Origin: an uncultured bacterium
Lineage (GTDB): Bacteria > Electryoneota > Electryoneia > Electryoneales > Electryoneaceae
Assembly (NCBI GenBank): GCA_964552465.1
Contig: CAZKGR010000014.1
Coordinates: 14,970-78,969, forward strand
Reading direction: 5' to 3'
DNA: 64,000 nucleotides
Shown: positions 38,401 through 47,820 of the stretch, piece after piece
Layout of the letters: every line of letters begins with the position of its first letter
Position numbering within the stretch: position 1 is the first letter of the stretch
The notes under the pieces: model-generated
The model's database searches: none
What the model saw: only the letters and a program-made list of their open reading frames with translations
What the model was told of the DNA's origin: nothing
Position numbers and translations under genes: made by a program

Positions 38401-40220
38401 TGCTGGATCATATGGTATCGTGGTTCGAAGGCCGGCTGGTCGAAAACGCTGTCTCTATTCCTGAATCACTGCTGGAAGAGATGATAGTTTTCGATGAAGA
38501 TCTGGATGAGGAACAGCGAATCACCCTCCAGGACATGTTGCTGTACACGACCTTCCTCAAGCAGTCTGTGATGCTAACGTTCAATGAGGAAGATTTCGAC
38601 ATTGACCAGGTACCGGCGGGCGGGATCTGGGTTTCTCGAACTAAGGCGAGTGGCGATTACAATTTCTATCGTGTCAGCGTGAACACAATCTCTGGCCGTC
38701 ATTTCGATCTGCTCCTGGTTCAACGTGAAGATATGAATGCCCGCGTGGTCATGGACACGAATCATTGGATGATCGCCATTGGTGGACATCCATACGAACA
38801 GCGTACCCTCCCTCGTTTTGGTTGTATCCGTCCTGAGTTGGCAACGATGTCCCTGGAGTATGTGAACGAGCTTACTGCGTGGGAGAAGATCCGTGAATAC
38901 GGTGGTAGTTCGTCTCAGGCTAGTCATGTCGTGCATGAGGCGGATTGGCACCGGTTGCTGGTAACTGGTATGGCAACCTTCTTCCGGGCTTGGAAATATT
39001 CAGGAAAGCGAATTATCCCTGGAGTGATGTCGCCTTCAAACGTGGTTGTTCCCGACTTGGATTTTCGCGAAGAAGCACTAATCCTGTCGTTAAGCGGATG
39101 GGAAGAATACAGCACTCCAATCACGCTGATGCGTCCGTTGTGGTCCAATTTCTTCCGCAAAACGATTTCACTGTACCCGCTAACTGATCGCGTGTTGGAT
39201 GAACGATGGTTGTTCGATGCTGTTATCGAGGGTCTGGGATCAGTGGAAGGGGAAGAATTCCTCAAGGACTTCTCATATGAAATTGAAACAATTGAGAATA
39301 ATCCTTTCTCAGCCAAATTCGTCGAGGACTTGCACGACTACATCGAAAAAATCAGCACGCAATGGTATGTGCCTCAGCCTGTCCGAAACGCAATCCACCG
39401 CTATCACGCGTGGCAAAAGATCAATCCGAACGTCACCAGCCAGGCATGCGCTGAACTGTTGGAAGGATTGACCTCGATGTACCACATGCACCGGTACGGT
39501 GAAATTGCTCGGTACTATCTGTATTCAAGGACGTATTTCGACCTGGCATCAAATGATGTCAAGCGAACGTTCTCGATTCTGTTGGATGAATTGTGGGCGG
39601 AACCGTCCTTACATGCAACTCAACGAGTTGAATTATCTGAGCTTCAGGCGGCTCTGGAATCGCAAGCTGATCGGGATGTGTTCAGCCGGTTGGTGTTCCC
39701 CCGCGCGCATAAACCGCAGACGGTGGAAGTGCTGACCTTTGGCGAACGTGGACGGAAAACTGTGGTCGTACGTACAAACATGGTCGACAACCACGGTGAG
39801 GGTTATGACATCCGCGAACCCATCGAACCGGAAGAGGTTGGGTCGTTGTACAGGCTCTTCTACCAGGAAAGATTTCCCAAGTCGGTCAGCGAACAGGATC
39901 GCCATCTCGTTGTTACGGACGCTACTGACCGCGTGATCGGCGGCTTGACATTCAAGGATCAGGACAAAGAGGTTGTTCACATGGATGGGCTGGTAACATC
40001 CGGCCCGTTGATGGGGAGGGGGATTGCAACTGCCTTACTGGAAGATTTTGTGACCCGTATGGCCAGCCGTGGGGTGAAGGTGCTGAAGACCGATTTCATC
40101 ATGCGTGATTTCTGCGAACGGCGGGGTTTCAACGTGAACAAGAACTGGGGTGGACTGGTGCGGTTCATCTCTCAGGACGAGCCCGAACTCGACCGCGGCG
40201 AACTTCCACCCAAGGAATAG
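35442..40220 (+). CDS. very large multidomain protein: N-terminal AMP-forming acyl-CoA ligase domain, about 850-aa region of unknown function, C-terminal GNAT acetyltransferase domain
   Basis: TSGSTGRPKG AMP-binding motif and adenylation core (about aa 280-700). C-terminal GNAT motif A (LMGRGIATALLEDFV). The true start may be the internal ATG at 35511. Confidence 0.7.
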   Translation: MPLETVSFLRYHRSVTSQARKPIMLETPSKLADRLNEWTPYAEKDESNSELAVIILDDITALLAEKSEADLAAHHDSFHQFLELTGRPTYLESLPDDDARLRWSDVALEIVQRVNYTLEDMLNARISEIPDTTYFEELMAGESIRWSYAQVQRRIRAIAAVFWRDAGEDEPRIALLVDNSLDGACCDLACLLHDILITPLNVHFDSEELAWIIERLQINAVVVDREDRLRRMQEVRKLTKCDFRIYAIHLERDRVEGKAIPLVEAFSRLSADDVNDQLDARPRFDLHEICTVMFTSGSTGRPKGVCFSQFNLVSKRFARAAALPSVGRDEVLLCYLPLFHTFGRYLEMLGMLYWRGRYVFVGNPSTEALIASMKRIRPTGLISIPLRWLQIRDRSLSVMESLPTSEEKQEAFSEITGGRLRWGLSAAGYLEPKAFRFFQMHGVALCSGFGMTEATGGITMSPPGDYVDNTVGRALPGIEIRLSENGEMLITGAYVARYLKEDGEGLEVESGDELDGDDWLHTGDIFREIKPGHLTIVDRIKDIYKNIRGQTVAPLRVERKFATVPGIKRTFLVGDHRAFNVLMIVPDLDDPVLADAPDTESRRDYFRQIVTTANQDLAPYERVVNYTLLDRDFDIDKEELTSKGTMRRKVIEENFAEVISSLYESSYVELEAAGIQVRIPRWIFRDLGILESDFVAKVDEPTSEHNGSVYLTDNEHDRTLPIRRDTRNGYVIIGDLSYHILGDVIDLGMFARQPRLWAANPSLMNFVPCREGWDVPFNKHVMPHAALPTNDNERTLELVQSVEPSHLSDSQLRELNRDLQIALFDTVENSIQVLEKLSESLISFDDRLGGVARLRLTALATHPDEQVRSTAYRILLLDEPMQDYSVSFPAFVQSGLSFLNEESIKLISREGFEKRRLAALRQRLYSYRIHLDWPAKPMVQRQFKNVFRLLINFVRFNPAYYKSVRAELASWLLHRVDPQISRFAEMMLDHMVSWFEGRLVENAVSIPESLLEEMIVFDEDLDEEQRITLQDMLLYTTFLKQSVMLTFNEEDFDIDQVPAGGIWVSRTKASGDYNFYRVSVNTISGRHFDLLLVQREDMNARVVMDTNHWMIAIGGHPYEQRTLPRFGCIRPELATMSLEYVNELTAWEKIREYGGSSSQASHVVHEADWHRLLVTGMATFFRAWKYSGKRIIPGVMSPSNVVVPDLDFREEALILSLSGWEEYSTPITLMRPLWSNFFRKTISLYPLTDRVLDERWLFDAVIEGLGSVEGEEFLKDFSYEIETIENNPFSAKFVEDLHDYIEKISTQWYVPQPVRNAIHRYHAWQKINPNVTSQACAELLEGLTSMYHMHRYGEIARYYLYSRTYFDLASNDVKRTFSILLDELWAEPSLHATQRVELSELQAALESQADRDVFSRLVFPRAHKPQTVEVLTFGERGRKTVVVRTNMVDNHGEGYDIREPIEPEEVGSLYRLFYQERFPKSVSEQDRHLVVTDATDRVIGGLTFKDQDKEVVHMDGLVTSGPLMGRGIATALLEDFVTRMASRGVKVLKTDFIMRDFCERRGFNVNKNWGGLVRFISQDEPELDRGELPPKE

Positions 40221-40268
40221 ACGACAGGCTCTCGAGTGACACTCGAAATCAAGATCTGAAGATGCCAG

Positions 40269-40389
40269 GCACGTCATTCAGAGTCCGGCAGCCGCCGGAC
40301 GAAGAAGGTCGAACTTCAGCACAAGTAGCAACCAGTTTCTTAGCTGGATCTTCTTCACTTCACTGTGTTCAGTTCAGAATGACCTGCCG
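40269..40389. repeat. MITE-like intergenic repeat, copy B (about 121 bp)
   Basis: About 85 percent identical to 10957..11089; carries an 11-bp internal deletion. Same terminal inverted repeats, with a compensatory internal hairpin. Confidence 0.6.
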
Positions 40390-40414
40390 CTCATTTCTGT
40401 TTGTCATTAACCAG

Positions 40415-40446
40415 AAACTGCCACGGACATTCGCCCGTGGCAGTTT
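40415..40446. terminator. bidirectional terminator hairpin AAACTGCCACGG...CCGTGGCAGTTT
   Basis: 12-bp perfect stem lying between convergent genes. Confidence 0.55.
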
Positions 40447-40490
40447 GTTGTCTTGCAGTTACTCCAGAATTTAGCCTCCAGCCTCGATAC

Positions 40491-41942
40491 TTATCTGACC
40501 AGCATCACCTTTTGTACCTGGTCAAGGTATCCTGGAACGGTTGCCCGGACGAAATACAATCCGCTGGACAATCCTGAAGCGTCAAAGACCAAGCTGTGCG
40601 AACCAGCGTTCGCAATTCCCTGGTGCAGAGTAGCTACCTGCTGTCCGTTGACGTTGTACACGGCAACAGTCAGGTCAGCCGCATCGGGAAGCGCAATATC
40701 GACCGTCGTTGATGGGTTGAACGGGTTCGGATACGCAGCGTTCATCGCATACGCATTCGGTAGCTGATTATTTGAACCAGCGCCAGTGATAGTAAAGTCG
40801 CTGTTCGTCCAGTCCGACGGGTCAAACACATAATCGCCGTCTGTCGCGACACCGGTCTTGATAAATGGGAAGCTGTCCTGAACCATCAGACCAGGGTTGT
40901 TCGGAACGCCGACGGTACCGATGAACTCATACTCACCCATTGGTGCACCCGCGGGAACTACCTGAGTCTGGCCGGTAACGCTGACATCCATGAATGCCAT
41001 CATGTTGAATGCAATGTTGGCCAGTGGTCCAACGGTAGATCCATCTGGAAGGGTGACAAAGGTCCGGTAACGGACGCCGTTCGCCTGGAGGAAGGTGTTG
41101 TTGATGAATTGAGCATCGTAGACAACATCGCCACCACCGGCGGGTATGGTCGTATTTGTCGGCGTCAGGATCAGTTGCACGGATTCTGGTTCTGCGCCTA
41201 CAACCGCCATGTTCGATTGGATGACTTCGTGCGTGTTGTCATTCTGCACATACACGACAACCGAGATGTTGTCATCCATGATCAGGTCGCCATTCAGTGT
41301 GATCGGCCAGTCGAACGAGACGTCGAAATTGACAGTTTCGTTAGTGCCGATGGAGAACGGCAGTCCGTCATCATCTGGAGCCATGTCGAGCATGTCATAA
41401 TGCCACTCACTCTGACCGTTCCAACCCGTGAAACCGTTGTAATAATTGTTCATGAGCCCGAAACGGATCTTGTAGTTGCCAGACACAGCAACATCGGCCG
41501 ATGTAACCTGGACCGACATATCGACAGAATTGTCTGAAGCAGATGCGCTACAATCAAGTGCAATCGGACTTTCGATAGCGAGACGGTTATCAACAGCAGT
41601 CTGCAGCAGTTGCGGCGTGATTGGCCAGCGGTCGAGCAGACCGTCCACCATCAATGTGGGGAGTAAGTTAATCGGATAGTAGTCGAACCGACCGGTATGT
41701 TCAGCCCCGTTTATTTCCTGCCAAGGGTCGCCAGCATACCAGTTGGCGTGGAATACAATTATGCTGACATCCTCACCTCCGTTGCCTTCGAAGAAAGTCT
41801 GGATCGTCTGCGCCGCAGACGGACAGGTGCCTCAACCATGACCTGTGAATTCTTCGAACATCACTTTTCGAGGGAATGCGTGGGCTGATGCGGCCAGCAG
41901 GCCAATCACCATTATGCCCAGGGTAAGACGACGTGCAAACAT
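40491..41942 (-). CDS. secreted thioredoxin-fold (Omp28/redoxin-like) protein with T9SS C-terminal sorting domain; in-frame TGA at 41832..41834 read as selenocysteine (UxxC)
   Basis: ATG at 41942 with GGGAGG 6 nt upstream. Signal peptide MFARRLTLGIMVIGLLAASAHA, then FEEFTGHG-[TGA]-GTCP, a U-G-T-C motif at the thioredoxin CxxC position. The hairpin GUCUGCGGCGCAGAC starts exactly 11 nt after the UGA. The frame stays open to a T9SS CTD (AYPNPFNPSTTVDIALP...LYFVRA...KVMLVR). The ORF track split it at the TGA. Confidence 0.55.
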
Positions 41943-42064
41943 CACTGCCTCCCGTGTTTTCGGTGTCTGATCTACATGCAACTTTAGGGTATCTTATAGT
42001 CTAGGGTTGAAATCAGAGACATACAAGCTTCAGGTGTTAGTTTTCAGAGAATATCCAATAAAAA

Positions 42065-42089
42065 CGCCCGGTGGATTTAACCACCGGGC
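42065..42089 (-). terminator. intrinsic terminator GCCCGGTGGATTTAACCACCGGGC followed by a T-run on the minus strand
   Basis: Perfect 9-bp GC stem immediately downstream of the 42120 gene stop. Confidence 0.6.
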
Positions 42090-42119
42090 TTGTAATTCCG
42101 AATACATAAACTCCAATAT

Positions 42120-43562
42120 CTAGCGAACCAGCATCACCTTTTGCATCTGATCCATGTGACCCGGAACTGTTGCACGGACAAAGTACAGGCCGCTGGCTAA
42201 GCCTGAAGCATCAAACGTCAAGTTGTGTAATCCAGCGTTTGCAATTCCCTGGTGCAACGTTGCGACCTGCTGTCCGCTGACGTTGAAGACTGCAACTGTC
42301 AAGTCAGCCGCTTCCGGCAACGCGACCTCAAGCGTTGTGGTCGGGTTGAACGGGTTCGGATACGCAGCATCCATGGCGAATTCGGACGGCAGCGTAATTA
42401 CGGCATCGCTACCTTCACTCGAGGTTTCGAACCAGTTGCTGTTTGGGAACTCAAAATTGCCGCCATCAGGAGCATTACCCAGTTTCAAGAATTGGAAACT
42501 GTCTTCCGCGACCAGGGTCCACGGTGTCGGTCCGGCTTGCGCGACAAATGTGTAAGTTCCAACTGGTGCCATGCCAGGAACTGCTTGAACTACATCAGTA
42601 CGAACAATGTCAACACCTGGAATGTAGGTGATGTTGTAGGTGTTGATCGGGTAGTTATTACCGTTCGGAAGAATCGCGAGCGTGCGCACCTGGCCCGGTG
42701 TTGCCACATCATAGTTGTTGGTGATCAAGGCATCAAAGACCAGGTTTCCGCCGTTGCCGGGAATGTAGATCGGATCATACATCGGCATCAGATCGAGCGT
42801 GATGTCTGGAGGTGTCCAACCAACCGCAGCCATTTCCGACTGGAGGACTTCACGACCACTGTCATTCTGCACATAGGCAATGACTGTGACGTTATCCTCG
42901 GTGATCGGATCACCGTTCAGCGTAATCGGCCAAGGGAACGAGACATCGAAGTTGATCGTTTCGTTGGCATTGATGGAGAATGGTAGACCGTTATGATCCG
43001 GCGCCATATAGAGCATGTCGTAATGCCAAACGCTCTGACCATTCAACCCGGTGAAACCAGAGTATTCGTTCTGCATCAGTCCGAAACGAATCTTGTAGTT
43101 CCCAGACACAGGTACATTTGCTGAGGTGACTTCAACAGACATGTCAACCGCATTGCCGACAATATTTGCCGTGCATTGAATCGCAATCGGGCTGTCTACC
43201 GCGAGGCGCGTGTTCATCGCCGTTGTCAATGTTGCATCACTGATCGGCCACTGGTCAATAACACCATCCACCATCAGCGTAGGTAGAGCCATTATGTTGT
43301 AGTAGCCACAACGACCGTTATGATCAGCGGCGTTCAAGAGTTGCCATGGGTCACCGGCATACCAGTCTTCGTGGAACACGATCATGGTGGTATTGTCAGC
43401 GTTGTTTACATGAAAGTTGTAGATCGTCTGCGCCGCAGACGCGCAGCCACCTCAACCATGACCCGTGAATTCTTCGAAGATCACCTTGCGTGGGAATGCG
43501 TGGGCTGATGCGGCCAGCAGACCGATCATCATGATGCCCAAGGTTAGACGACGTGCAAACAT
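42120..43562 (-). CDS. paralogous secreted thioredoxin-fold T9SS cargo protein; in-frame TGA at 43452..43454 (UxxC = U-G-G-C)
   Basis: ATG at 43562. Near-identical signal peptide; FEEFTGHG-[TGA]-GGCASAAQ. The identical 15-nt hairpin lies 11 nt downstream of the UGA. C-terminal T9SS CTD. About 60 percent aa identity to the 40491 gene elsewhere. Confidence 0.55.
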
Positions 43563-43759
43563 CTCTGCCCCCTTGTCTTTGTTGTCTGATCTACATACAA
43601 CTTTTTGTGTATCGTGTAGTCTAGGAAGGAAAACTTAGGGATTCAAGCCTCGGACACAAAGAAATCAAAAAACTCTTTCGCTCCACTTCCTGATTCCGTT
43701 GCTGAGGTTAAAGCGTGAACGGGGACACTTTGTCCTCAAAGTGTCCCCGGATCATCCAA

Positions 43760-46279
43760 TTATTTCAGTAGTACGGCCTTCTGAATGATCGAGTCTGCTC
43801 CATTTTGAACTCGCACTATGTACACACCGCTCGCGAGCCCAAGCCTACCAGCATCGAACTGCCAGACAGTGCGTCCTGCCTGAGCATGCACGGTTTCAGC
43901 GGCGACCTGCCGTCCGAGGATGTCGTAGACTGCGATCTTGACTGTCGCCGCCTGAGGCAGGTGCAGCGGCATCGTGAATGACGGATTGAACGGGTTCGGT
44001 GTCAAAGCCCCAACGTGAAACTCGCTGGGCAGGATTTCTGCATCAGCGCTGACACTGATTGACGTGATCGGCGTCTCAGCGAATGTCGGTATTTGACCGT
44101 CAACCTGGTTCGCCAACTGCCTGCCGGAACTATCCAGCACGCGCACACGCATTGCATTTCCAGCTGTGAAACCGGGGATATTGTGGTCAGCGTCACCTTC
44201 CCACGCGATCACCACGGCGTCACCCTGCTCAGGACGAACCCGCGCGCTACCGACAACCGTTGCACCATCGAGAATCTCGATGATGTCTGCACCGTTTTCG
44301 AGTAACGCGTCATCCAGCAACACCCGCACCGGCCAGCCAATTCCTGACACCGGTGGGGCGGAGGGCAGGTCGGGAAGTGAGGTGTTCGCTGAATTGTTGC
44401 GACCACGTCCGAGCTGGTTGAATTGGAAACTGACAGGTTCACTAACTCGTACACGGTATGCTTTACCCGGTTCGAGAAGTGGAAGTGTCTGCATGATTCC
44501 CGGCAGCCAGAATCGGCCTTCATCGTCGATGACTGCGATGATCTGATCTTGAATGTCTGCCAGCGCAACAGTCGGATCGAGTGGTTCCTGCAATGTGTAC
44601 GGCATGTAGTTCCACATGCCACTACCCAGACGCAGTGTCAAGTCGGCAGGAAGCTGAGTCCCATACATGTGAATTCTACTTGCGGCAGAACTGTAAACAC
44701 GGTAGCCTTCACGTGGATCGACGATTTGAAGAGTCGGGTTACCTACTGGTCTCCAGAACCGGTCGCGGTCATTCCATGCAATCTGAAATGGTGCTGTCGC
44801 TCCAAACACGTTTTCAGGGTGTGGCCATGCCGGGCGTAGGTTGAACGAGATCAATTGCCAACGATCACCATCGAGATAGACCGTCTGTTCATCTGCATCC
44901 CATCCGGAAAGCGAGGTGAGATTCGCCCCGGGTCCTGTGCCGAAGTAACCATTTCCCATATCATAGGTTGCATCCGCCGGATTCTCTTCTTCGGTAGCTA
45001 TTTGCCACACTCGGAACTGGATTGGATTGTCAGGTATGAAACCTGGCAAGTCGTATTCGGGATCGCCTTCCCAGGCAGTCATAATCAGTGGCCATTCGCC
45101 GGTTACCCGAGCAGCGCCAACACACAGGTTCCGATCAAAGATCCCAATCTCGTCATATGAACTGAGAAGGCCACCTTCGAAGTCTGCTTGTTGGATAACG
45201 ATTGGGTAGGGCTGCCCGGTGGGCTCAACGGGAATGAAATTAAATGTATCAGGCTGAAGTAATGCCTGCATCGCATCTAATATTGTCACTGAATCCGAAT
45301 ACCAAGATGTACAATAAACATAGTTGCTATTTAACGCCGCTACAGTCGATTGAGATGAGTAAAAATTGTTTATCTGATAGTATCCAGAAATCAGATGATT
45401 CTCATGAGAACTTAAATCCATGGTAAACAGAGAATTTGATGTTCTAAAGAATAATGTATTGTTTAGAGTACCGATGGTCCGAATATCGCTTGTGAATTGA
45501 TGTCTACTCATAAGTATCAGATTATCAATATCAGAATAATCTAATAAATTCAGCCTGTAAATATCTGTATTGTCAAAAAAGTCCGTAACAAATACATAAT
45601 TATCATCAACATACACATCCATCATGTAATAGTAATTATTACTATCTTCAGCTTCATAAATCACATTAACGACAGGATTATATGGATTAGTAACGTTAAT
45701 AATTGATAATTCGTAGTTTGTGCATACAAACAAGAATGGATAACTATAGTCTATATCTCTTATCACGCCATTACACTCATTTGTTGCAATCAAGGTTGGT
45801 TCAAGAGGATCATCCCACAAGTATATATAGTAATAAGACCAAGTACTATTAATATCACGTTCATATGCATATAAGTAGGGTGAATCATAAATCATTTTAT
45901 GTCCGCCACCTCCTAAAAAAGATCCAATATGCACAGGACTGCTTGGAACACCAATATCATACACTACAATATCGTTCCATGAATTCTCGTAAACGTACAA
46001 GTAATTATCAACAACAGAAAGGTAATAGCAGGCTATGGGACAGTCTGAAATGGATCCAATCAGAACTGGATCATCAGGATTAGCAGTAGAGAAAAGCTGT
46101 ATTTGATTGCTGTTCCAGGCAATAAGGAGGTCATTCTGAACCTGCACATGGTTCTGTTGCCCTCCCAATTCAAGTGTCCCAATCATATCAATATTCCATG
46201 CTTCTTGTGCTTGAGATGGTTGACTCAAACTCACGAGAATGAGCAAAGCGAAAACACTAATCAGAATGCGGGCTTTCAT
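43760..46279 (-). CDS. large T9SS cargo protein: AT-rich N-terminal LVIVD-like beta-propeller region plus a GC-normal C-terminal half with a duplicated domain and CTD
   Basis: Signal peptide MKARILISVFALLILVSLSQPSQAQ (ATG at 46279, GGGAGAAG RBS). C-terminal CTD (NPFNPSFTMPLHLP...VYIVRV...KAVLLK). Strong compositional break near 45240. Confidence 0.7.
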   Translation of the reverse strand: MKARILISVFALLILVSLSQPSQAQEAWNIDMIGTLELGGQQNHVQVQNDLLIAWNSNQIQLFSTANPDDPVLIGSISDCPIACYYLSVVDNYLYVYENSWNDIVVYDIGVPSSPVHIGSFLGGGGHKMIYDSPYLYAYERDINSTWSYYYIYLWDDPLEPTLIATNECNGVIRDIDYSYPFLFVCTNYELSIINVTNPYNPVVNVIYEAEDSNNYYYMMDVYVDDNYVFVTDFFDNTDIYRLNLLDYSDIDNLILMSRHQFTSDIRTIGTLNNTLFFRTSNSLFTMDLSSHENHLISGYYQINNFYSSQSTVAALNSNYVYCTSWYSDSVTILDAMQALLQPDTFNFIPVEPTGQPYPIVIQQADFEGGLLSSYDEIGIFDRNLCVGAARVTGEWPLIMTAWEGDPEYDLPGFIPDNPIQFRVWQIATEEENPADATYDMGNGYFGTGPGANLTSLSGWDADEQTVYLDGDRWQLISFNLRPAWPHPENVFGATAPFQIAWNDRDRFWRPVGNPTLQIVDPREGYRVYSSAASRIHMYGTQLPADLTLRLGSGMWNYMPYTLQEPLDPTVALADIQDQIIAVIDDEGRFWLPGIMQTLPLLEPGKAYRVRVSEPVSFQFNQLGRGRNNSANTSLPDLPSAPPVSGIGWPVRVLLDDALLENGADIIEILDGATVVGSARVRPEQGDAVVIAWEGDADHNIPGFTAGNAMRVRVLDSSGRQLANQVDGQIPTFAETPITSISVSADAEILPSEFHVGALTPNPFNPSFTMPLHLPQAATVKIAVYDILGRQVAAETVHAQAGRTVWQFDAGRLGLASGVYIVRVQNGADSIIQKAVLLK

Positions 46280-46564
46280 TTTCTTCTCCCTGGATGGTGA
46301 TAATCGAGTGCGCGTGGCCGATCCACAGCTGGTTTTCATGACGATACACTTTAATATCAACTTCGCGTGGTGAAACGTCAAGCGAAATGGGCGGGTTTGT
46401 CAGAAATATTTGGCGATTATGGAGATTGGAAAGGAGAAGCAGTGAGTCGCTAGATATGGTTTGAGCACGAAAACGGGAAGCCCAAAGGCTCCCCGTTTTG
46501 TTCTATCATCCATGCGATGTGCGCGCCGCCGAGCACGCGTCATCGCAAATCAGATTATTGCATC

Positions 46565-46912
46565 TTAGTTCTTGACCTGCTCGACGATCTGGGCGAACGC
46601 TTCCGGATCGTGGAAGGCGACATGCGCCAACGCTTTGCGGTCGAGCTCGATGTTGTGTTCCTTGAGCTGATGCATGAACACGGAGTAGGTCATACCGTTT
46701 TCGCGGACGGCAGCATTGATACGTTGAATCCACAGTTTGCGGAATTCGCGGCGACGTACGCGACGGTGCGCGTAGCTGTATTGTCCGGCTTTTTCGGTCA
46801 AGCGTGTTGCGGCGCGGATGGTCGATTTTCCGCGACCGAAGAAGCCCTTGGCTTTCTTCAGAACCTTTTTACGACGTTGCTTCGACGCCGGGTTGTTGGT
46901 TGCGCGTGGCAT
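46565..46912 (-). CDS. rplT: 50S ribosomal protein L20
   Basis: Canonical L20 sequence. Confidence 0.95.
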   Translation of the reverse strand: MPRATNNPASKQRRKKVLKKAKGFFGRGKSTIRAATRLTEKAGQYSYAHRRVRRREFRKLWIQRINAAVRENGMTYSVFMHQLKEHNIELDRKALAHVAFHDPEAFAQIVEQVKN

Positions 46913-46939
46913 ATCTGAACTCCTTCTCTACGGTAAGTC

Positions 46940-47140
46940 TTAGTGGCACGGTCCGATCATACGGGATACGCGCTTGACATCAACGGCAGCGACGAGACCA
47001 GCCTTAGCCAGTTTGCGCTTACGGTCACGTGACTTCTTGGTCAGCATGTGACTTGCGAAGCTCTTATGACGGCGAATCTTGCCTGTACCTGTGCGCCGGA
47101 AGCGCTTTGCTGCGGCACGATTGGTTCTCATCTTCGGCAT
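46940..47140 (-). CDS. rpmI: 50S ribosomal protein L35
   Basis: [24 protein letters not shown]...; start at the ATG at 47140. Confidence 0.9.
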   Translation of the reverse strand: MPKMRTNRAAAKRFRRTGTGKIRRHKSFASHMLTKKSRDRKRKLAKAGLVAAVDVKRVSRMIGPCH

Positions 47141-47226
47141 CGTACTATCCTTGTGTCTTGCAAATAAAAAACCGGTTTCGGATTCTTCTGCCCGCGACCG
47201 GTTTAGATTATCCGTCAAGTTCGGGC

Positions 47227-47775
47227 TTACTTTTTCTGGAAGGTCATCACCATGTTTCGGTGGCCTTCCATTCCTATCGGTCCTTCGAGCTTCGCGATGT
47301 CCTCAACTGATGTAACGAAGCGGTTCATGACTTCGACACCCAGCTCTTTATGGGTGATCATGCGTCCCTTGAACATCAACGTCACCTTGACCTTATCTCC
47401 AGCTTCAATGAAGGAGCGGATCGACCGAACTTTGGTCTGGAAGTCGTGATCGTCAATTTTCGGTGAAACGCGAATCTTTTTAATTTGAACGCTATGTCCC
47501 CGCCTTCGACTGTCTTTTTCCTTCTTCTGCAGTTCGTAGCGGAACTTGCCATAGTCCATAACGCGACAGACAGGTGGTTTTGCCTGTGGGGCAACTTCGA
47601 CCAGGTCCAGTTCGCTGGCCTCAGCCATCTCCAGGGCCTTTTCGACTGGAACTATACCGACCTGTTCGCCGTCCGGGCCGATCAATCGAACTTCCGGCAC
47701 TCGGACTTGTTCATTTACCCGGTGTGTTGGAGCTGTTGGCTCAGGTTTCCGGGAATTACCACGTCCGTAAGCGAT
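47227..47775 (-). CDS. infC: translation initiation factor IF-3 (non-AUG start; exact start uncertain)
   Basis: IF3 N- and C-domains ([11 protein letters not shown]...). The frame is open upstream of the GTG at 47700. An in-frame ATC at 47773..47775 has AGAGGA 9 nt upstream. Confidence 0.75.
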   Translation of the reverse strand: MAYGRGNSRKPEPTAPTHRVNEQVRVPEVRLIGPDGEQVGIVPVEKALEMAEASELDLVEVAPQAKPPVCRVMDYGKFRYELQKKEKDSRRRGHSVQIKKIRVSPKIDDHDFQTKVRSIRSFIEAGDKVKVTLMFKGRMITHKELGVEVMNRFVTSVEDIAKLEGPIGMEGHRNMVMTFQKK

Positions 47776-47820
47776 AGTTGATAATCCTCTTAGTGAACCC
47801 GTTGCTGCTTGTAAGGGTTG

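Noticed and set aside
41109-42986. Plus-strand ORFs 41109..41537 and 42252..42986 (up to 244 aa) opposite the thioredoxin-fold cargo genes
   Set aside because: They are antisense to genes with signal peptide, conserved domain and CTD. No independent support.
40491-43562. Reading the in-frame TGA codons as evidence of an alternative genetic code (TGA as Trp or Gly), or the two genes as plain pseudogenes
   Set aside because: TGA terminates several well-conserved genes in the same window (nupC, C10 copy 1), so this is not a global recoding. Two diverged paralogs retaining the stop at the identical codon, each with a conserved hairpin 11 nt downstream, is a poor fit to independent nonsense mutations.
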